From UHGV virus genome UHGV-0046264: 38,853 bases of DNA. One strand, 5' to 3'. Each line of letters starts with the position of its first letter. The stretch's first letter is position 1. The notes under the pieces were generated by a model. It was not told the DNA's origin. It did not search any database and worked only from the letters and a program-made list of their open reading frames with translations. Shown here in pieces: positions 1 through 9,847 of this stretch. Both the position numbers and the translations under genes were made by a program. The stretch is from a virus.

Positions 1-51
1 TATTTCAGTTCTCTGGTACTAAATGGGGCAAATTGGGGGCAAACTTTGCAA

Positions 52-1287
52 CTACGATAACCGCGCATTCAACATGGCTATCTGTTCGTCGTTCATGTCA
101 TCAATCCACATACCGTAAATTTCATACACCATCTGCGCAGTTTCATGCCCCATTTGGCTGGCTATAAATGCCGGGTTCGCTCCTGCCGTCAACAGCCAGC
201 AGGCAAAAGTATGCCGCGTATGGTACGGATTACGGCGGCGAATACCAGCACGTTTTACTGCTGCATTCCACCTTGCCCCCAAACTGCTTACCGAGTAATA
301 AGGTTTTTGTTTTCCGTTACACACCCTGGGCATGAAAACAAAATGCAGTTTTTGCTTTTCGGTTCTGCCGTACTCCCGATGATAAAAGGTGATTTCGCTT
401 TTGCGATGATGCCCGGTCAGTTTGTATTGCTCCTTCAGTGCTTCAAGAGCAGGCTGCAGTAGTGTTACTGTTCGGATCCCGGCATTTGTTTTTGGGGGAC
501 CGAACATATCAAGTATCGTCAGGTTTCTTCTGACATTCACTATTCCCTTTTCGAGATCCACATCCTCCCACGCCAGAGCTGCCAGTTCCCCGTGACGAAG
601 TCCTGAGTAAACGGCAAATTTCCACAAGTTCTGGCTCTGTCCTTTTTCACTTTCCATTAATGCATTGAATTCTGTTTTAGATAACGGATCAGGCTTTATT
701 CTGTTTCGCTGTAATTTTTTTACTCCTTCAAATGGTTTGGTTGATATAAATCCCGACTGATACGCAAAACGCAACAGCGAACAGAGCAGGGCGATATAGT
801 TATCAACTGTGCGCACGGTTCTTCCTTTTTTGTTGGATCTTGGATTATCCAGGTAAAGCGTTTCTCCATGCAGCAGTTCATTCCGGTAGTTTAAGATATC
901 GCTATAACGAATATGTGATATTGGGGTACTTTCACAAATTATTATTCTGAGTGTTTTTAATTGTGATTTCGTTTTCTTCATTGTGTTTGTTGTTAACTCT
1001 GTCTCTTTAATTTTTGTCCAGATATCACAAAGCTCTCCGAACGTTTTTATGACTCTCGTTGTCACCATTTTTGCCCCAGTGCTGGACTGGGGAAAACGTC
1101 TTAAATACTCAAATTCACCGGAGTTTATTTCATGAACTATCAGCGCTCTTAAATTTCCGGCCTTTTTAATATTACTGTTTGTAATCTCCCAGCCTTTTAA
1201 TGTTTCCCGACATCGTTTTCCTCGAAACATGAACCAGATGCGAATGTATCTACCTCTAATCTCGACACCTGTTGGTAATTTAGACAT
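52..1287 (-). CDS. intR: Phage integrase, tyrosine recombinase family (Rac IntR-like), 411 aa
   Basis: Full-length ORF; C-terminal catalytic region with HTRHT...Y motifs typical of lambda-type integrases; sits at prophage end next to an excisionase-like gene; N-terminus as I recall Rac IntR. Confidence 0.85.
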   Translation of the reverse strand: MSKLPTGVEIRGRYIRIWFMFRGKRCRETLKGWEITNSNIKKAGNLRALIVHEINSGEFEYLRRFPQSSTGAKMVTTRVIKTFGELCDIWTKIKETELTTNTMKKTKSQLKTLRIIICESTPISHIRYSDILNYRNELLHGETLYLDNPRSNKKGRTVRTVDNYIALLCSLLRFAYQSGFISTKPFEGVKKLQRNRIKPDPLSKTEFNALMESEKGQSQNLWKFAVYSGLRHGELAALAWEDVDLEKGIVNVRRNLTILDMFGPPKTNAGIRTVTLLQPALEALKEQYKLTGHHRKSEITFYHREYGRTEKQKLHFVFMPRVCNGKQKPYYSVSSLGARWNAAVKRAGIRRRNPYHTRHTFACWLLTAGANPAFIASQMGHETAQMVYEIYGMWIDDMNDEQIAMLNARLS

Positions 1288-1288
1288 A

Positions 1289-1504
1289 TCATGAGTCTTT
1301 GATAAACTGATTTATCTTTGGATAGTTGTACCAGATAATCCCTCGTTTGCTGTCTGGCTTACCTAAAGGAGATACTCGTTTGAAGTGGAAGCCCTCCACC
1401 CAACAGTTCTGGCGGTATGCTTCAATTTGTCTGGCCCCCAGACCAGTGCGAAGCATCAGGCCGTATTCAACCATCCACTCTTCATTAAAGATTACTTGTG
1501 CCAT
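1289..1504 (-). CDS. ydaQ: Excisionase-like small protein (YdaQ-like), 71 aa from internal Met ([10 protein letters not shown]...)
   Basis: Small ORF immediately upstream of int on the same strand (classic xis-int layout); start chosen at the 9th codon of the six-frame ORF to match the length I recall for YdaQ. Confidence 0.7.
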   Translation of the reverse strand: MAQVIFNEEWMVEYGLMLRTGLGARQIEAYRQNCWVEGFHFKRVSPLGKPDSKRGIIWYNYPKINQFIKDS

Positions 1505-1582
1505 CGCATCACCTCTGGCAGGCGCCAATGTTAGACTGAAATTGACGCCCGATGTTGATTATTAATAATCAGCTATGAAGTT

Positions 1583-1792
1583 TTAATTTGAATATAATGC
1601 AATTCTCGAGGACTGAAGTTTCTCGCAATTAAAATTTATCAGTTTTACTTTCTGCTCTCTGGAAACGCCTGCTTCTTTTTTACCTGAGAGCATTTTTTCG
1701 CATTCTGATTTCGTTAGTTTAGATTTTGAATATCTTGTCCAGTTAGTAGGAGTGCCACCTTCCTTTTCAATAGTGGCGGTAATTTTATACAT
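1583..1792 (-). CDS. ydaC: YdaC-like small protein (DUF1187), 69 aa
   Basis: ORF starting MYKITATIEKEG; its ATG overlaps the ralR stop (ATGTATAA); position matches Rac gene order. Confidence 0.6.
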   Translation of the reverse strand: MYKITATIEKEGGTPTNWTRYSKSKLTKSECEKMLSGKKEAGVSREQKVKLINFNCEKLQSSRIALYSN

Positions 1793-1979
1793 GAACACCT
1801 CCATTATTATTTCCAGTGGTTCGTTTATTCCATCTTTCGAGTGCTTCTTTTTCACTTCCACCATAACCGGTTCGGGATTCGCATCCGTTACACTTCGCTC
1901 GGTAATATCCTGAAATGGCTTTCACCGTTACTGATGGACAACCACAAAATGGACATGGTTTAACATTGTCATATCTCAT
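1785..1979 (-). CDS. ralR: Restriction alleviation protein RalR/Lar (reported type I toxin with DNase activity), 64 aa
   Basis: Sequence MRYDNVKPCPFCGC...CNGCESRTGYGG with the Cys-rich motif of Lar/RalR; directly upstream of recT as in Rac. Confidence 0.8.
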   Translation of the reverse strand: MRYDNVKPCPFCGCPSVTVKAISGYYRAKCNGCESRTGYGGSEKEALERWNKRTTGNNNGGVHV

Positions 1980-2035
1980 AATTTTGCTCATAAAAAATAT
2001 TTCAAGTTGGCGGGGCATTACACCGCCAGGCTGAA

Positions 2036-2845
2036 TTATTCCTCTGAATTATCGATTACACTGTATTCCCCGGTTAATACAGAGGAATCTGCAGGATCGA
2101 TTGTCAGTGGTTCCTTTTCATCCATTGATACTGCACGCTGGATCTCAATTGATACGGGCAGATATTTGAACAGGCGACGAATAGCCGTTTTCTTTGCCAT
2201 TTCTTCCCAGTGAGTTACCCACGGCCCGTTATTACCAGCTTTACTCAGGCTGCGCACCAGCTCAATCTGTTTGCGCGTCATAACTTCAAACTGAGTACCT
2301 CCGTCTTTCAGTCTTGCGACAGCATAGACGTGGGTAACCGGGGCATCTTCGTTTTCTCCCGGGCGGTGTATTAACTTTTCATCAAGGCCAAATTCGAAGC
2401 TAAACTCGTCACCTTCACGGACAACACGGGCTGACAGGCTGGCGATTTGACCAGAACGGCGAGCCAGATCAATCATGCCGCGATAGCCAATGATTAGCTG
2501 AACGTTCTTTTTACCGCTCTTTTCGTTTTTATTACCAAAAGGCAGTAAATATGCATGACCGAGGGCGCTACCTGGCTCAAGTCCGAGCTGTGAACACTGT
2601 ACGATCGCACTGACAAAACTCATAGTGTCACAGTTTCCTAACGCCGGAACTTTACGAATTTCTGTAGTGGCGATACGGATCATACGTTCAGCCGTCATAT
2701 GGCGTGGAAGAGCTGCTGCCAGTTGCTCTTTCATTGATGGCTGGTTAATAAAACTAATCACGTCGCTATTTTTAACTGCTGCTGGTGCACGGTTTCCCTG
2801 AGTTTTTTGCAGATCGGCTTTTGCGATTGGTGGTTGCTTAGTCAT
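2036..2845 (-). CDS. recT: RecT single-strand annealing protein, 269 aa
   Basis: Starts [16 protein letters not shown]; full-length match to my recollection of RecT; overlaps the recE 3' end by 8 nt. Confidence 0.9.
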   Translation of the reverse strand: MTKQPPIAKADLQKTQGNRAPAAVKNSDVISFINQPSMKEQLAAALPRHMTAERMIRIATTEIRKVPALGNCDTMSFVSAIVQCSQLGLEPGSALGHAYLLPFGNKNEKSGKKNVQLIIGYRGMIDLARRSGQIASLSARVVREGDEFSFEFGLDEKLIHRPGENEDAPVTHVYAVARLKDGGTQFEVMTRKQIELVRSLSKAGNNGPWVTHWEEMAKKTAIRRLFKYLPVSIEIQRAVSMDEKEPLTIDPADSSVLTGEYSVIDNSEE

Positions 2846-5438
2846 TTGCATATTCCTTAGCCCAGCGGGGCAGTGATAATGTCTTAATAGCTGGCCATTC
2901 ATCGGTATTCAGGCAGTCAGACAGGGTTCGCAGATTGCGGTGATATTCCTGTTGACCTGCCAGTTTTGCTTCTTCGCCCATCATGAAAATTTCAACCGGA
3001 TAACGTCCGCATTCAATAGTTGTGCTGGCAACCAGAAAAACGAAAGTTGGCTGCACTCCAAACAGTGCTTCATAACCGTCACTGTAGAATGCATCCTGAA
3101 CGTGATAGCGGTAGTCGTAATAAGCGGTTTTGAATCGTTGAATATCCGCCGTAGTTTTCACGTCCATGATCCAGTGAAATTCAGGGATAATTTTGTCCGG
3201 ACGGCACCGACACAAAATTCCTGTTTCAGGATCTTCCCAGTAAATTGATGATTCAGCGTGTCCGGCGCTTTCAACAAGCCATTGCCCCAGCGGCAAAGCC
3301 ATAACGCTTTGATACATGAGTTCAATTTTCCGGCCTTCTTCCGCAGTGATAACCGTTTTTCCTGTGCTTGCGCATTCCATCAGAAACGCTTTCTCTTCTT
3401 CTTTTCCGGCGTTTGTACGGCGGTTAAATTCAGGTGCTACGATAAAGCGGTTACTGAATTCTTCCGGTTCAAGTACCCGGCAGTGGAAAGCAGTTCCTAA
3501 ATCGAGCGTTTTTGTCTTTGTGGTGTCCACGGGGGCATTTTTACGCCACAAATATAGTGCCGGAGTATCAGCAATGTCATCGAGCTGAGACTTACTGATA
3601 CCGGGACCCGCGTGGTAATTCTCATTCGAAATTCCGTAATAAATACCTAGCTCTATGTCTTCTACGATTACGGGATCTGCGACTTCGCCAGTTTCATCAC
3701 TGCAATCGTGATGCGGATCGCTGCCAGCATTCTCATTGTGCGGATGTTCAGCGCCTTCCATTTCCTCCGGATCATTTTCCTTAGCTTCAACCTGACTCTC
3801 TTCATCGAATGTTTCCTGGTATGTTGCGTCGCCCATCATCGCACCACAGTCAGGGCAGTTATCCCCGCCAGTCTGGCCGCAGGCATTGCAGGCTATTTCC
3901 GGTTCCTGTTGCACTACTGGCTCAGGTTGATTCATATCTGGGCTGGTTTTTTCCGTTTCTGGCTGGTTCTGGTACACACAATCGCGAGTCTGGATCCCCT
4001 TTACCCATTTCGGATCGTTCGGGTCGCTAATTCCGTCAACAAATTCACCACGTGATGCAGCAAGCAATTTATCGGCATCGACAGGATTTTTTGATGGAAT
4101 GTTTTTCCGGGCTTCATGGAGTTCTGCCCGCAGTTCCTGATATTTCGCATCAACAGAATTTACCTGTGACTGAGCATCCAGCGGCTGCGTGTCCTGATGA
4201 TGTTCAGTTGCGTCCGGTTCCATTGTTTCAGCCTCTCCCTGTTCAACTGCCGTTGTTCCAGATGGTTGCGGTTTTTCTTCATCATCCTGTTTTCCTTCTT
4301 CTGTTACTCGCTGCGGCATCGGGGCAGAGGAGCGACCGCAGGCAATATCCACGATTTCCGGATCAGGGTTGGCATGATCGGTTTCAGTCAGTACTTTGTT
4401 CAGATATTCAGTGACGTGCGCGGGGATGACCTCGATCCCAATTGGTGCTTCTTTTACGGACGCAACCACGATGGCGCGGGAATAATCCAGCCCGCCAGGC
4501 ATGGTGATGAATTTGTCGCGGAAAACAGAAAAGGGCGGTTTATTTTCAGCGATAATTTCCTCAATGCGTTTAGCGTGTGCCGGATGAAGGTTATAGATGT
4601 CCAGATCCATTGAACGGGCCAGTACGCCAGTGGCTACGTCGCGCGCCAGTGACGTCAGATCGTGTACGAAACCTTCGCCGCGATCGGTGAGGTTTCCGCC
4701 GCCAGCATTAGCACCGGAAGCCGTGCGAGTGATGTGTGAAACACGATTACCCTTCATCCACTCTTTTGTCAGCAGTCCTCGATCGGTGTAGTCAGCGTTC
4801 AGGTATGCTTCGAAAAAAGCAGTTATCAGTCCCAGGTTTGAATTACCAGGATTAGGGAAAACTTTGTCAGTGTCACGAACCAGTTTGTGGAGTTCGCGAA
4901 TTTCCAGCGGGTCGAGCAGGCTGGTTTTGTGGGAAACAGCCAGGGCAGTAACAGCCGGTAGTTCTTCAGCCCGAGCAATGTGTAATGCCTGGAGTCCGTC
5001 GCGTGAAACGTGCGTTACCGGTTTTTCGCTGCCGTGTTGAGCAAGCCAACGAATGGGCAGTTCCTGGCCAGAAATTGGGAGTAGCATATTCTCCTCAATC
5101 TCAGTCATGTCTTCGCCGTTGACGTTGGTATTGCCTTGATAATGAGCGTTGTCTGGTGCTGCTCCCGGTTTTAGTTCCCATGTCATGGAGTCTTTGCTGA
5201 GTTGATAGCGTTCACTCCAGGTAAAATCGATCTCACCTTCAGCGGGCAGGTCATTAACGACAGGAAAATTCGTGGCAACAGCTTTAAAATAGCTGCTCAG
5301 TTTTTTACCTGACTTAACGATCAGGTAGTCCAGAGTGGCACAGGTCGATTCAAAATCGTTGCTTGCCCACAGGACGACGTCAGGTTCACCGGATGATTTT
5401 TTCGCTTTCCGTAACAGGAAGAGTGGTTTTGTGCTCAT
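2838..5438 (-). CDS. recE: RecE exonuclease VIII, 866 aa
   Basis: 866-aa ORF with acidic central region and C-terminal nuclease domain; upstream of and overlapping recT as in Rac. Confidence 0.9.
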   Translation of the reverse strand: MSTKPLFLLRKAKKSSGEPDVVLWASNDFESTCATLDYLIVKSGKKLSSYFKAVATNFPVVNDLPAEGEIDFTWSERYQLSKDSMTWELKPGAAPDNAHYQGNTNVNGEDMTEIEENMLLPISGQELPIRWLAQHGSEKPVTHVSRDGLQALHIARAEELPAVTALAVSHKTSLLDPLEIRELHKLVRDTDKVFPNPGNSNLGLITAFFEAYLNADYTDRGLLTKEWMKGNRVSHITRTASGANAGGGNLTDRGEGFVHDLTSLARDVATGVLARSMDLDIYNLHPAHAKRIEEIIAENKPPFSVFRDKFITMPGGLDYSRAIVVASVKEAPIGIEVIPAHVTEYLNKVLTETDHANPDPEIVDIACGRSSAPMPQRVTEEGKQDDEEKPQPSGTTAVEQGEAETMEPDATEHHQDTQPLDAQSQVNSVDAKYQELRAELHEARKNIPSKNPVDADKLLAASRGEFVDGISDPNDPKWVKGIQTRDCVYQNQPETEKTSPDMNQPEPVVQQEPEIACNACGQTGGDNCPDCGAMMGDATYQETFDEESQVEAKENDPEEMEGAEHPHNENAGSDPHHDCSDETGEVADPVIVEDIELGIYYGISNENYHAGPGISKSQLDDIADTPALYLWRKNAPVDTTKTKTLDLGTAFHCRVLEPEEFSNRFIVAPEFNRRTNAGKEEEKAFLMECASTGKTVITAEEGRKIELMYQSVMALPLGQWLVESAGHAESSIYWEDPETGILCRCRPDKIIPEFHWIMDVKTTADIQRFKTAYYDYRYHVQDAFYSDGYEALFGVQPTFVFLVASTTIECGRYPVEIFMMGEEAKLAGQQEYHRNLRTLSDCLNTDEWPAIKTLSLPRWAKEYAND

Positions 5439-5539
5439 TGTTTTTTAACCTCAACTCAGATTAAAATTCGTTTTGTTCAGTGAATGATCTTGCCGGATAC
5501 ACACTGTTCATAGCCTGCGCCATACGCAGGCTATTTCTT

Positions 5540-5815
5540 TCAGATTTCACCTTTTAATTTCATTGCAATTAGAGTTGCCAGAAATTCGGCTTTTTTTTCT
5601 GCGGGCAGATTCTTTCCGATATGCACCAGGCACATTTTTTTGACACCTTCATCAAGTGTTTTTACGTTGCCTGATGGACCATCGATATCAACCACAGTGA
5701 ATGGGGTTTCTTTATTTTCTGTTTTAATTACGTAGCCAATGCGCTTTCCTTCCAGATTCACCTCGTGAACAATGTCATCGGTAGTTACAACAGTGGCTTC
5801 ATAATTGGTAATCAT
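5540..5815 (-). CDS. racC: RacC-like protein, 91 aa
   Basis: Internal Met start MITNYEATVVTTDD; position upstream of recE matches Rac. Confidence 0.7.
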   Translation of the reverse strand: MITNYEATVVTTDDIVHEVNLEGKRIGYVIKTENKETPFTVVDIDGPSGNVKTLDEGVKKMCLVHIGKNLPAEKKAEFLATLIAMKLKGEI

Positions 5816-5889
5816 GTTTTTCTCCTTAATTAAGGTTGAGCGAATACCTGCCATTTCTGGCATAAATTCAGTTTCGAATAGTCAATTAA

Positions 5890-6060
5890 TTAAAGTTCAT
5901 GTGCCATCTGGTCTTTTTCGGCACAAGCTTCACTGCAATATTTTCTCGGTTCGTCTTTTTTTAAAATCCCGTGCATGAAGTGAAGCATTCTTTCAATAGC
6001 TTTGCTTTCTTCAACGTCTTTTTTGCAAAGGTGGTAAGCACATTTTATTTTCTTAGTCAT
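5890..6060 (-). CDS. ydaE: YdaE-like small Cys-rich protein, 56 aa (58 aa if started at the upstream ATG at 6066)
   Basis: Hand-translated from the minus strand: (MV)[56 protein letters not shown]; below the 60-aa cut-off of the ORF track; its ATG overlaps the kilR stop (TGATG), suggesting translational coupling. Confidence 0.6.
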   Translation of the reverse strand: MTKKIKCAYHLCKKDVEESKAIERMLHFMHGILKKDEPRKYCSEACAEKDQMAHEL

Positions 6061-6281
6061 CACCATGACTCCGCCTTTACAGGTAAACCATCACAACCGA
6101 GGAAGACTTTAATCATGCGGTCAGTAATGCATGTTTTTGTGGTCAGGTTACGAATATATAGTTTTCGCTTTTTAATATTGTTTGCCGAGGCAATATATGT
6201 CCGGCCTTCATGAAGAACATAATCGCCAGGAGTCACACACTGACGTGGTATTTCATCAGTTCCGAAGTGATGTGCAATCAT
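6060..6281 (-). CDS. kilR: KilR, FtsZ-targeting cell division inhibitor of Rac, 73 aa
   Basis: [46 protein letters not shown]...; start at the internal Met of the six-frame ORF. Confidence 0.8.
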   Translation of the reverse strand: MIAHHFGTDEIPRQCVTPGDYVLHEGRTYIASANNIKKRKLYIRNLTTKTCITDRMIKVFLGCDGLPVKAESW

Positions 6282-6722
6282 AATTATCTCCATTTTTACA
6301 AATGAATTTTGTTGATGCGGTGCCTGGTGCCTCCAGGTGACTGCAACCAGTTAACAATTACAGTCGGCTTTCCCACCCAAACCAATAAGGACTAACATGA
6401 CTTTTAACTGTGCCACGTGCGCTTAGCCGCATTCACCGCATCACAAAATTCACTTTAAAAAGGGCGGACATCAGCCGAACTTCAAGAAAAAAACTGATGC
6501 CGCCAGGACTACACACAGCAATGTCGTTATTTACAACCGGAGGCGCACTCCCACCATTTAAATTTAACAGACAAGACCGACTCTTTATGGATATCGGAAA
6601 TGCGCCTTCGTGTTGTGCCCGGTTTTATTTCACCACCTCCGGGCTTCGGTGGTCTCGGCTATACCCCTACAGCGAGAGCTTGTGTTAACATTTCAATACC
6701 CTTACAGTTGAGAGTTATTGAT

Positions 6723-7211
6723 ATGTTGGATGTATTTACTCCATTGTTGAAACTTTTTGCTAACGAGCCACTCGAAAGACTTATGTATACGATTATCATT
6801 TTTGGTCTCACTCTCTGGCTGATACCGAAAGAGTTTGCTGTCGCATTCAATGCTTATACTGAAATACCCTGGCTCTTTCAGATTATCGTTTTTGCCTTTT
6901 CTTTCGTGGTCGCTATTTCCTTCTCAAGATTGCGAGCACATATTCAAAAGCATTATTCATTGCTACCAGAGCAACGAGTATTGCTTCGTTTATCTGAGAA
7001 AGAAATCGCTGTATTTAAAGATTTCCTTAAAACAGGAAATCTTATTATCACTTCTCCTTGCCGTAACCCGGTTATGAAAAAATTAGAACGGAAGGGCATC
7101 ATTCAACATCAGAGTGATAGCGCAAACTGTTCTTATTATCTCGTCACCGAAAAATACTCCCACTTTATGAAGTTATTCTGGAACAGCAGGAGCAGGCGTT
7201 TTAATCGTTAG
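6723..7211 (+). CDS. sieB: Superinfection exclusion protein B (SieB), membrane protein, 162 aa
   Basis: MLDVFTPLLKLFANEPLERLMYTIIIFGLTLWLIPKEF with hydrophobic helices; start at Met42 of the six-frame ORF. Confidence 0.8.
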   Translation: MLDVFTPLLKLFANEPLERLMYTIIIFGLTLWLIPKEFAVAFNAYTEIPWLFQIIVFAFSFVVAISFSRLRAHIQKHYSLLPEQRVLLRLSEKEIAVFKDFLKTGNLIITSPCRNPVMKKLERKGIIQHQSDSANCSYYLVTEKYSHFMKLFWNSRSRRFNR

Positions 7212-7363
7212 CTTACTGTGTGCTTCTCCAACCATCGTCGTGCGCCAGCTTCGGTTTTAAACGTTTTGCTTTTGGTATACGTCATGGCAGTGAACGTTCC
7301 ATCCTGGTTGGGGAACACGCCGCACACCAGGGATTCGTTATTGCCGAGGTCGATTTTTTGCAT
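7208..7363 (-). CDS. ydaF: YdaF-like small protein, 51 aa
   Basis: Hand-translated: MQKIDLGNNESLVCGVFPNQDGTFTAMTYTKSKTFKTEAGARRWLEKHTVS; convergent with sieB and overlapping its stop by 4 nt. Confidence 0.6.
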   Translation of the reverse strand: MQKIDLGNNESLVCGVFPNQDGTFTAMTYTKSKTFKTEAGARRWLEKHTVS

Positions 7364-7373
7364 TTTTCGCACC

Positions 7374-7508
7374 TCACATCTTGTTGTTGCGGATAGAGGC
7401 TTCTGCCTGCCAGAGATCCCAGTCGTTGCTGCGTAGAGCCTGTACAGCCTGGCTGTAAGTGATATCGCAACAATCCATCAAATACTGAACTACTTCGTAA
7501 TGCACCAT
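7374..7508 (-). CDS. ydaG: YdaG-like small protein, 44 aa
   Basis: MVHYEVVQYLMDCCDITYSQAVQALRSNDWDLWQAEASIRNNKM from an internal Met. Confidence 0.6.
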   Translation of the reverse strand: MVHYEVVQYLMDCCDITYSQAVQALRSNDWDLWQAEASIRNNKM

Positions 7509-7682
7509 CTTATCTCTCCCCTTAACGCCGGGTGGCGGAACTGAAACCTGCTGCACTGCAAAATCTGAACCCTGCCGTCATGTTCATACGCCTCGGGCTG
7601 GCTACTTAACCCCTGACCACTGCCTGGTAACTCGAAGTATTGCCCTGCGTTCTGTGGGGCGGGGTGGGTTGGTAGGTATATG

Positions 7683-7723
7683 ATGTACTTTGTGTTCATT
7701 GATGTAAAGTACTTTAAGTACAT
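7683..7723. promoter_or_regulatory. Operator-like cluster (OL-like): ATGTACT at 7683-7689, perfect palindrome AAAGTACTTT at 7706-7715, AGTACAT at 7717-7723
   Basis: Repeated and inverted copies of one heptamer upstream of the leftward early genes; the same heptamer recurs in the racR/cro intergenic region. Confidence 0.45.
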
Positions 7724-7798
7724 TTTGTGTGTAAAAAAATGAGATGGGATAAAGTGAAGCACAAACCCGGAGGGGGGAGCTACCGGATTTATGCTGGT

Positions 7799-8218
7799 TT
7801 AAGAGGCTTTTTGTTTTTTCTTTCGTGCTAACTCTTCGTAAATTGCATTGTACTTCTGTTTTTTCTCCTCAAGAGTTTTTAAAAGTTCATCTGTCTCACT
7901 GTCAGGGAGCTCGTCCAGAAGGTCAATGATGATTTTTTGTCTTGGATTTAACTCCTGATAGAAACGTACCTGTCCACTTTCTTCTGTATCCTCTCCCAAA
8001 AGATAGGTTGGTGTTGTTCCAATGAGTGTTGCTAATTCCCTTAATTTCTCTCGGCGAGGAATTGTTTCGCCATTAAACCATTTGCTAACCGCTTTTGGTG
8101 TTAATTTCATTCGACGGGCAATTTCTGCCTGCCTTCCATGTTGTTCATAACCAGCGTTTTCACAGGCTAGCGCAAGCCTACTGGCGAACTCTTTACGCGC
8201 TTTATCTTCATGAACCAT
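7799..8218 (-). CDS. racR: Prophage repressor, HTH XRE/cI-like (RacR-like), 139 aa
   Basis: N-terminal HTH (RQAEIARRMKLTPKAVSKWFNGETIP); divergent from a Cro-like gene; position in the immunity region. Confidence 0.75.
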   Translation of the reverse strand: MVHEDKARKEFASRLALACENAGYEQHGRQAEIARRMKLTPKAVSKWFNGETIPRREKLRELATLIGTTPTYLLGEDTEESGQVRFYQELNPRQKIIIDLLDELPDSETDELLKTLEEKKQKYNAIYEELARKKKQKAS

Positions 8219-8242
8219 AAGTTCAATGATATTCGCTCTTGA

Positions 8243-8273
8243 ATGTACTGTCAGTTCTGTTATAGCATGTACT
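8243..8273. promoter_or_regulatory. Operator-like repeats (OR-like): ATGTACT at 8243-8249 and 8267-8273 in the divergent racR/cro promoter region
   Basis: Two direct copies of the heptamer also found at 7683-7723, plus a TCACA-T-TGTGA palindrome just upstream of the cro-like start. Confidence 0.45.
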
Positions 8274-8297
8274 CAAAGTTCACATTGTGAGGGTGAT

Positions 8298-8552
8298 ATG
8301 AACCAGAAAACACTTGAAGATGTAATCAAAACTGTTCGCGTTTCTGTTGTGGCCGACGTTTGTGGTGTCAGCCAAAGAGCAATCTACAAATGGATGGATA
8401 ACGGAAAATTGCCTCGCACAGAATATACCGGCGAAACAAATTACGCTGAAAAAATCGCTCATGCATCAAACGGATTATTTTCTGCCGATGTAATTTTAAC
8501 TATTGGCAGAAATAAAACTACTACGAAAAAGCTGATGGGAGTTGATTCATGA
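8298..8552 (+). CDS. ydaS: Cro-like HTH DNA-binding protein (YdaS position), 84 aa
   Basis: HTH-like segment (VSVVADVCGVSQRAIYKWMDNGKLP); GAGGGTG ribosome binding site before the internal ATG; divergent from racR; ATGA overlap with ydaT. Symbol assigned from position, not sequence recall. Confidence 0.55.
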   Translation: MNQKTLEDVIKTVRVSVVADVCGVSQRAIYKWMDNGKLPRTEYTGETNYAEKIAHASNGLFSADVILTIGRNKTTTKKLMGVDS

Positions 8553-8971
8553 AAATCAAGCATGAGCACATCGAGTCAGTGTTGTTAGCCCTGGCAGCCG
8601 AAAAAGGGCAGGCATGGGTAGCCAATGCCATTACTGAAGAATATCTGCGCCAGGGGGGCGGCGAATTGCCCCTGGTACCAGGCAAGGACTGGAATAATCA
8701 GCAGAACATCTATCACCGTTGGTTAAAAGGTGAAACGGAAGCGCAAAGGGAAAAAATTCAGAAACTGATCCCTGCAATTCTGGCAATCCTTCCGCGCGAG
8801 CTGCGTCACCGACTCTGCATCTTCGATACCCTGGAACGCCGTGCATTACTGGCGGCGCAGGAAGCGTTAAGTACGGCAATTGATGCGCATGATGATGCAG
8901 TCCAGGCCGTTTACCGGAAAGCGCATTTCAGCGGCGGCGGGTCTTCCGACGATTCTGTCATTGTTCATTAA
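8549..8971 (+). CDS. ydaT: YdaT-like protein (reported Rac toxin partner of YdaS; CII-like position), 140 aa
   Basis: MKIKHEHIESVLLALAAEKGQAWVANAITEEYLRQGGGELPL...; matches my recollection of Rac YdaT; coupled to the upstream Cro-like gene. Confidence 0.75.
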   Translation: MKIKHEHIESVLLALAAEKGQAWVANAITEEYLRQGGGELPLVPGKDWNNQQNIYHRWLKGETEAQREKIQKLIPAILAILPRELRHRLCIFDTLERRALLAAQEALSTAIDAHDDAVQAVYRKAHFSGGGSSDDSVIVH

Positions 8972-8983
8972 GCAAAAGTTTCC

Positions 8984-9841
8984 ATGCTGTTTGTGCTTAT
9001 TCTAAGCAACCGGGCAGCATCATACGGGGCAATTATGGCCGCATTACCATACATGCAACTGTACATAGCTGATTACCTGGCTGACACCATGCATTTGTCA
9101 GCAGAGGAGCATGGTGCGTATTTGTTGCTGATGTTCAATTACTGGCAAACAGGAAAGCCAATACCTAAAAACAGGCTGGCAAAAATTGCCCGTCTGACTA
9201 ACGAGCGATGGGCTGATGTTGAACCATCCTTGCAGGAGTTTTTTTGCGATAACGGCGAGGAATGGGTGCATCTTCGGATTGAGGAAGATCTGGCATCAGT
9301 CAGGGAAAAATTAACCAAAAAATCAGCCGCAGGAAAAGCATCTGTTCAGGCCAGAAGAAGCAGAAAGGAAGCAGATGTTCAAACAAAACAAGAGAGAAAT
9401 TTAACAGGTGTTCAAACAGATGTTGAAGTGGTGTTTGAACATGATGTCAACACAAAGGCAACTAATAAAGATACAGATAAAGATCTAAAAACAGATCCCC
9501 CCCTAAATCCCCCCCGGGGGAATCGAGGTGTCAAAAAGTTTGACCCTCTGGATATTGCTTTGCCGAACTGGATTTCTGTCTCGCTTTGGCGTGAGTGGGT
9601 TGAATTTCGCCAGGCATTGCGAAAACCGATTCGAACGGAGCAGGGCGCTAACGGGGCGATACGGGAGCTGGAAAAATTCCGCCAGCAGGGTTTTTCACCT
9701 GAGCAGGTGATTCGACACAGCATCGCCAATGAATACCAGGGCTTGTTCGCGCCGAAAGGTGTTCGACCTGAGACGTTACTCCGACAGGTTAACACCGTCT
9801 CGTTACCGGATAGTGCGATCCCGCCAGGCTTCAGGGGGTAA
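8984..9841 (+). CDS. ydaU: Replication protein YdaU (DUF1376, lambda O-like position), 285 aa
   Basis: Full-length ORF upstream of a DnaC-like gene; contains two C7 homopolymer tracts in the coding sequence. Confidence 0.7.
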   Translation: MLFVLILSNRAASYGAIMAALPYMQLYIADYLADTMHLSAEEHGAYLLLMFNYWQTGKPIPKNRLAKIARLTNERWADVEPSLQEFFCDNGEEWVHLRIEEDLASVREKLTKKSAAGKASVQARRSRKEADVQTKQERNLTGVQTDVEVVFEHDVNTKATNKDTDKDLKTDPPLNPPRGNRGVKKFDPLDIALPNWISVSLWREWVEFRQALRKPIRTEQGANGAIRELEKFRQQGFSPEQVIRHSIANEYQGLFAPKGVRPETLLRQVNTVSLPDSAIPPGFRG

Positions 9842-9847
9842 CTGACC

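Noticed and set aside
1-51. Attachment site (attL) at the window edge
   Set aside because: Only 51 bp lie beyond the integrase stop and there is no second prophage end in the window to define a core repeat, so no att site can be supported.
2940-4791. Several plus-strand ORFs of 64-138 aa inside recE
   Set aside because: They lie entirely within, and antisense to, the well-supported 866-aa recE frame, have no ribosome binding sites and give low-complexity translations; treated as six-frame noise.
7490-7762. 90-aa minus-strand ORF between ydaG and racR
   Set aside because: It overlaps the ydaG start and the operator-like region, has no ribosome binding site and resembles no known Rac product; more likely regulatory DNA than a gene.
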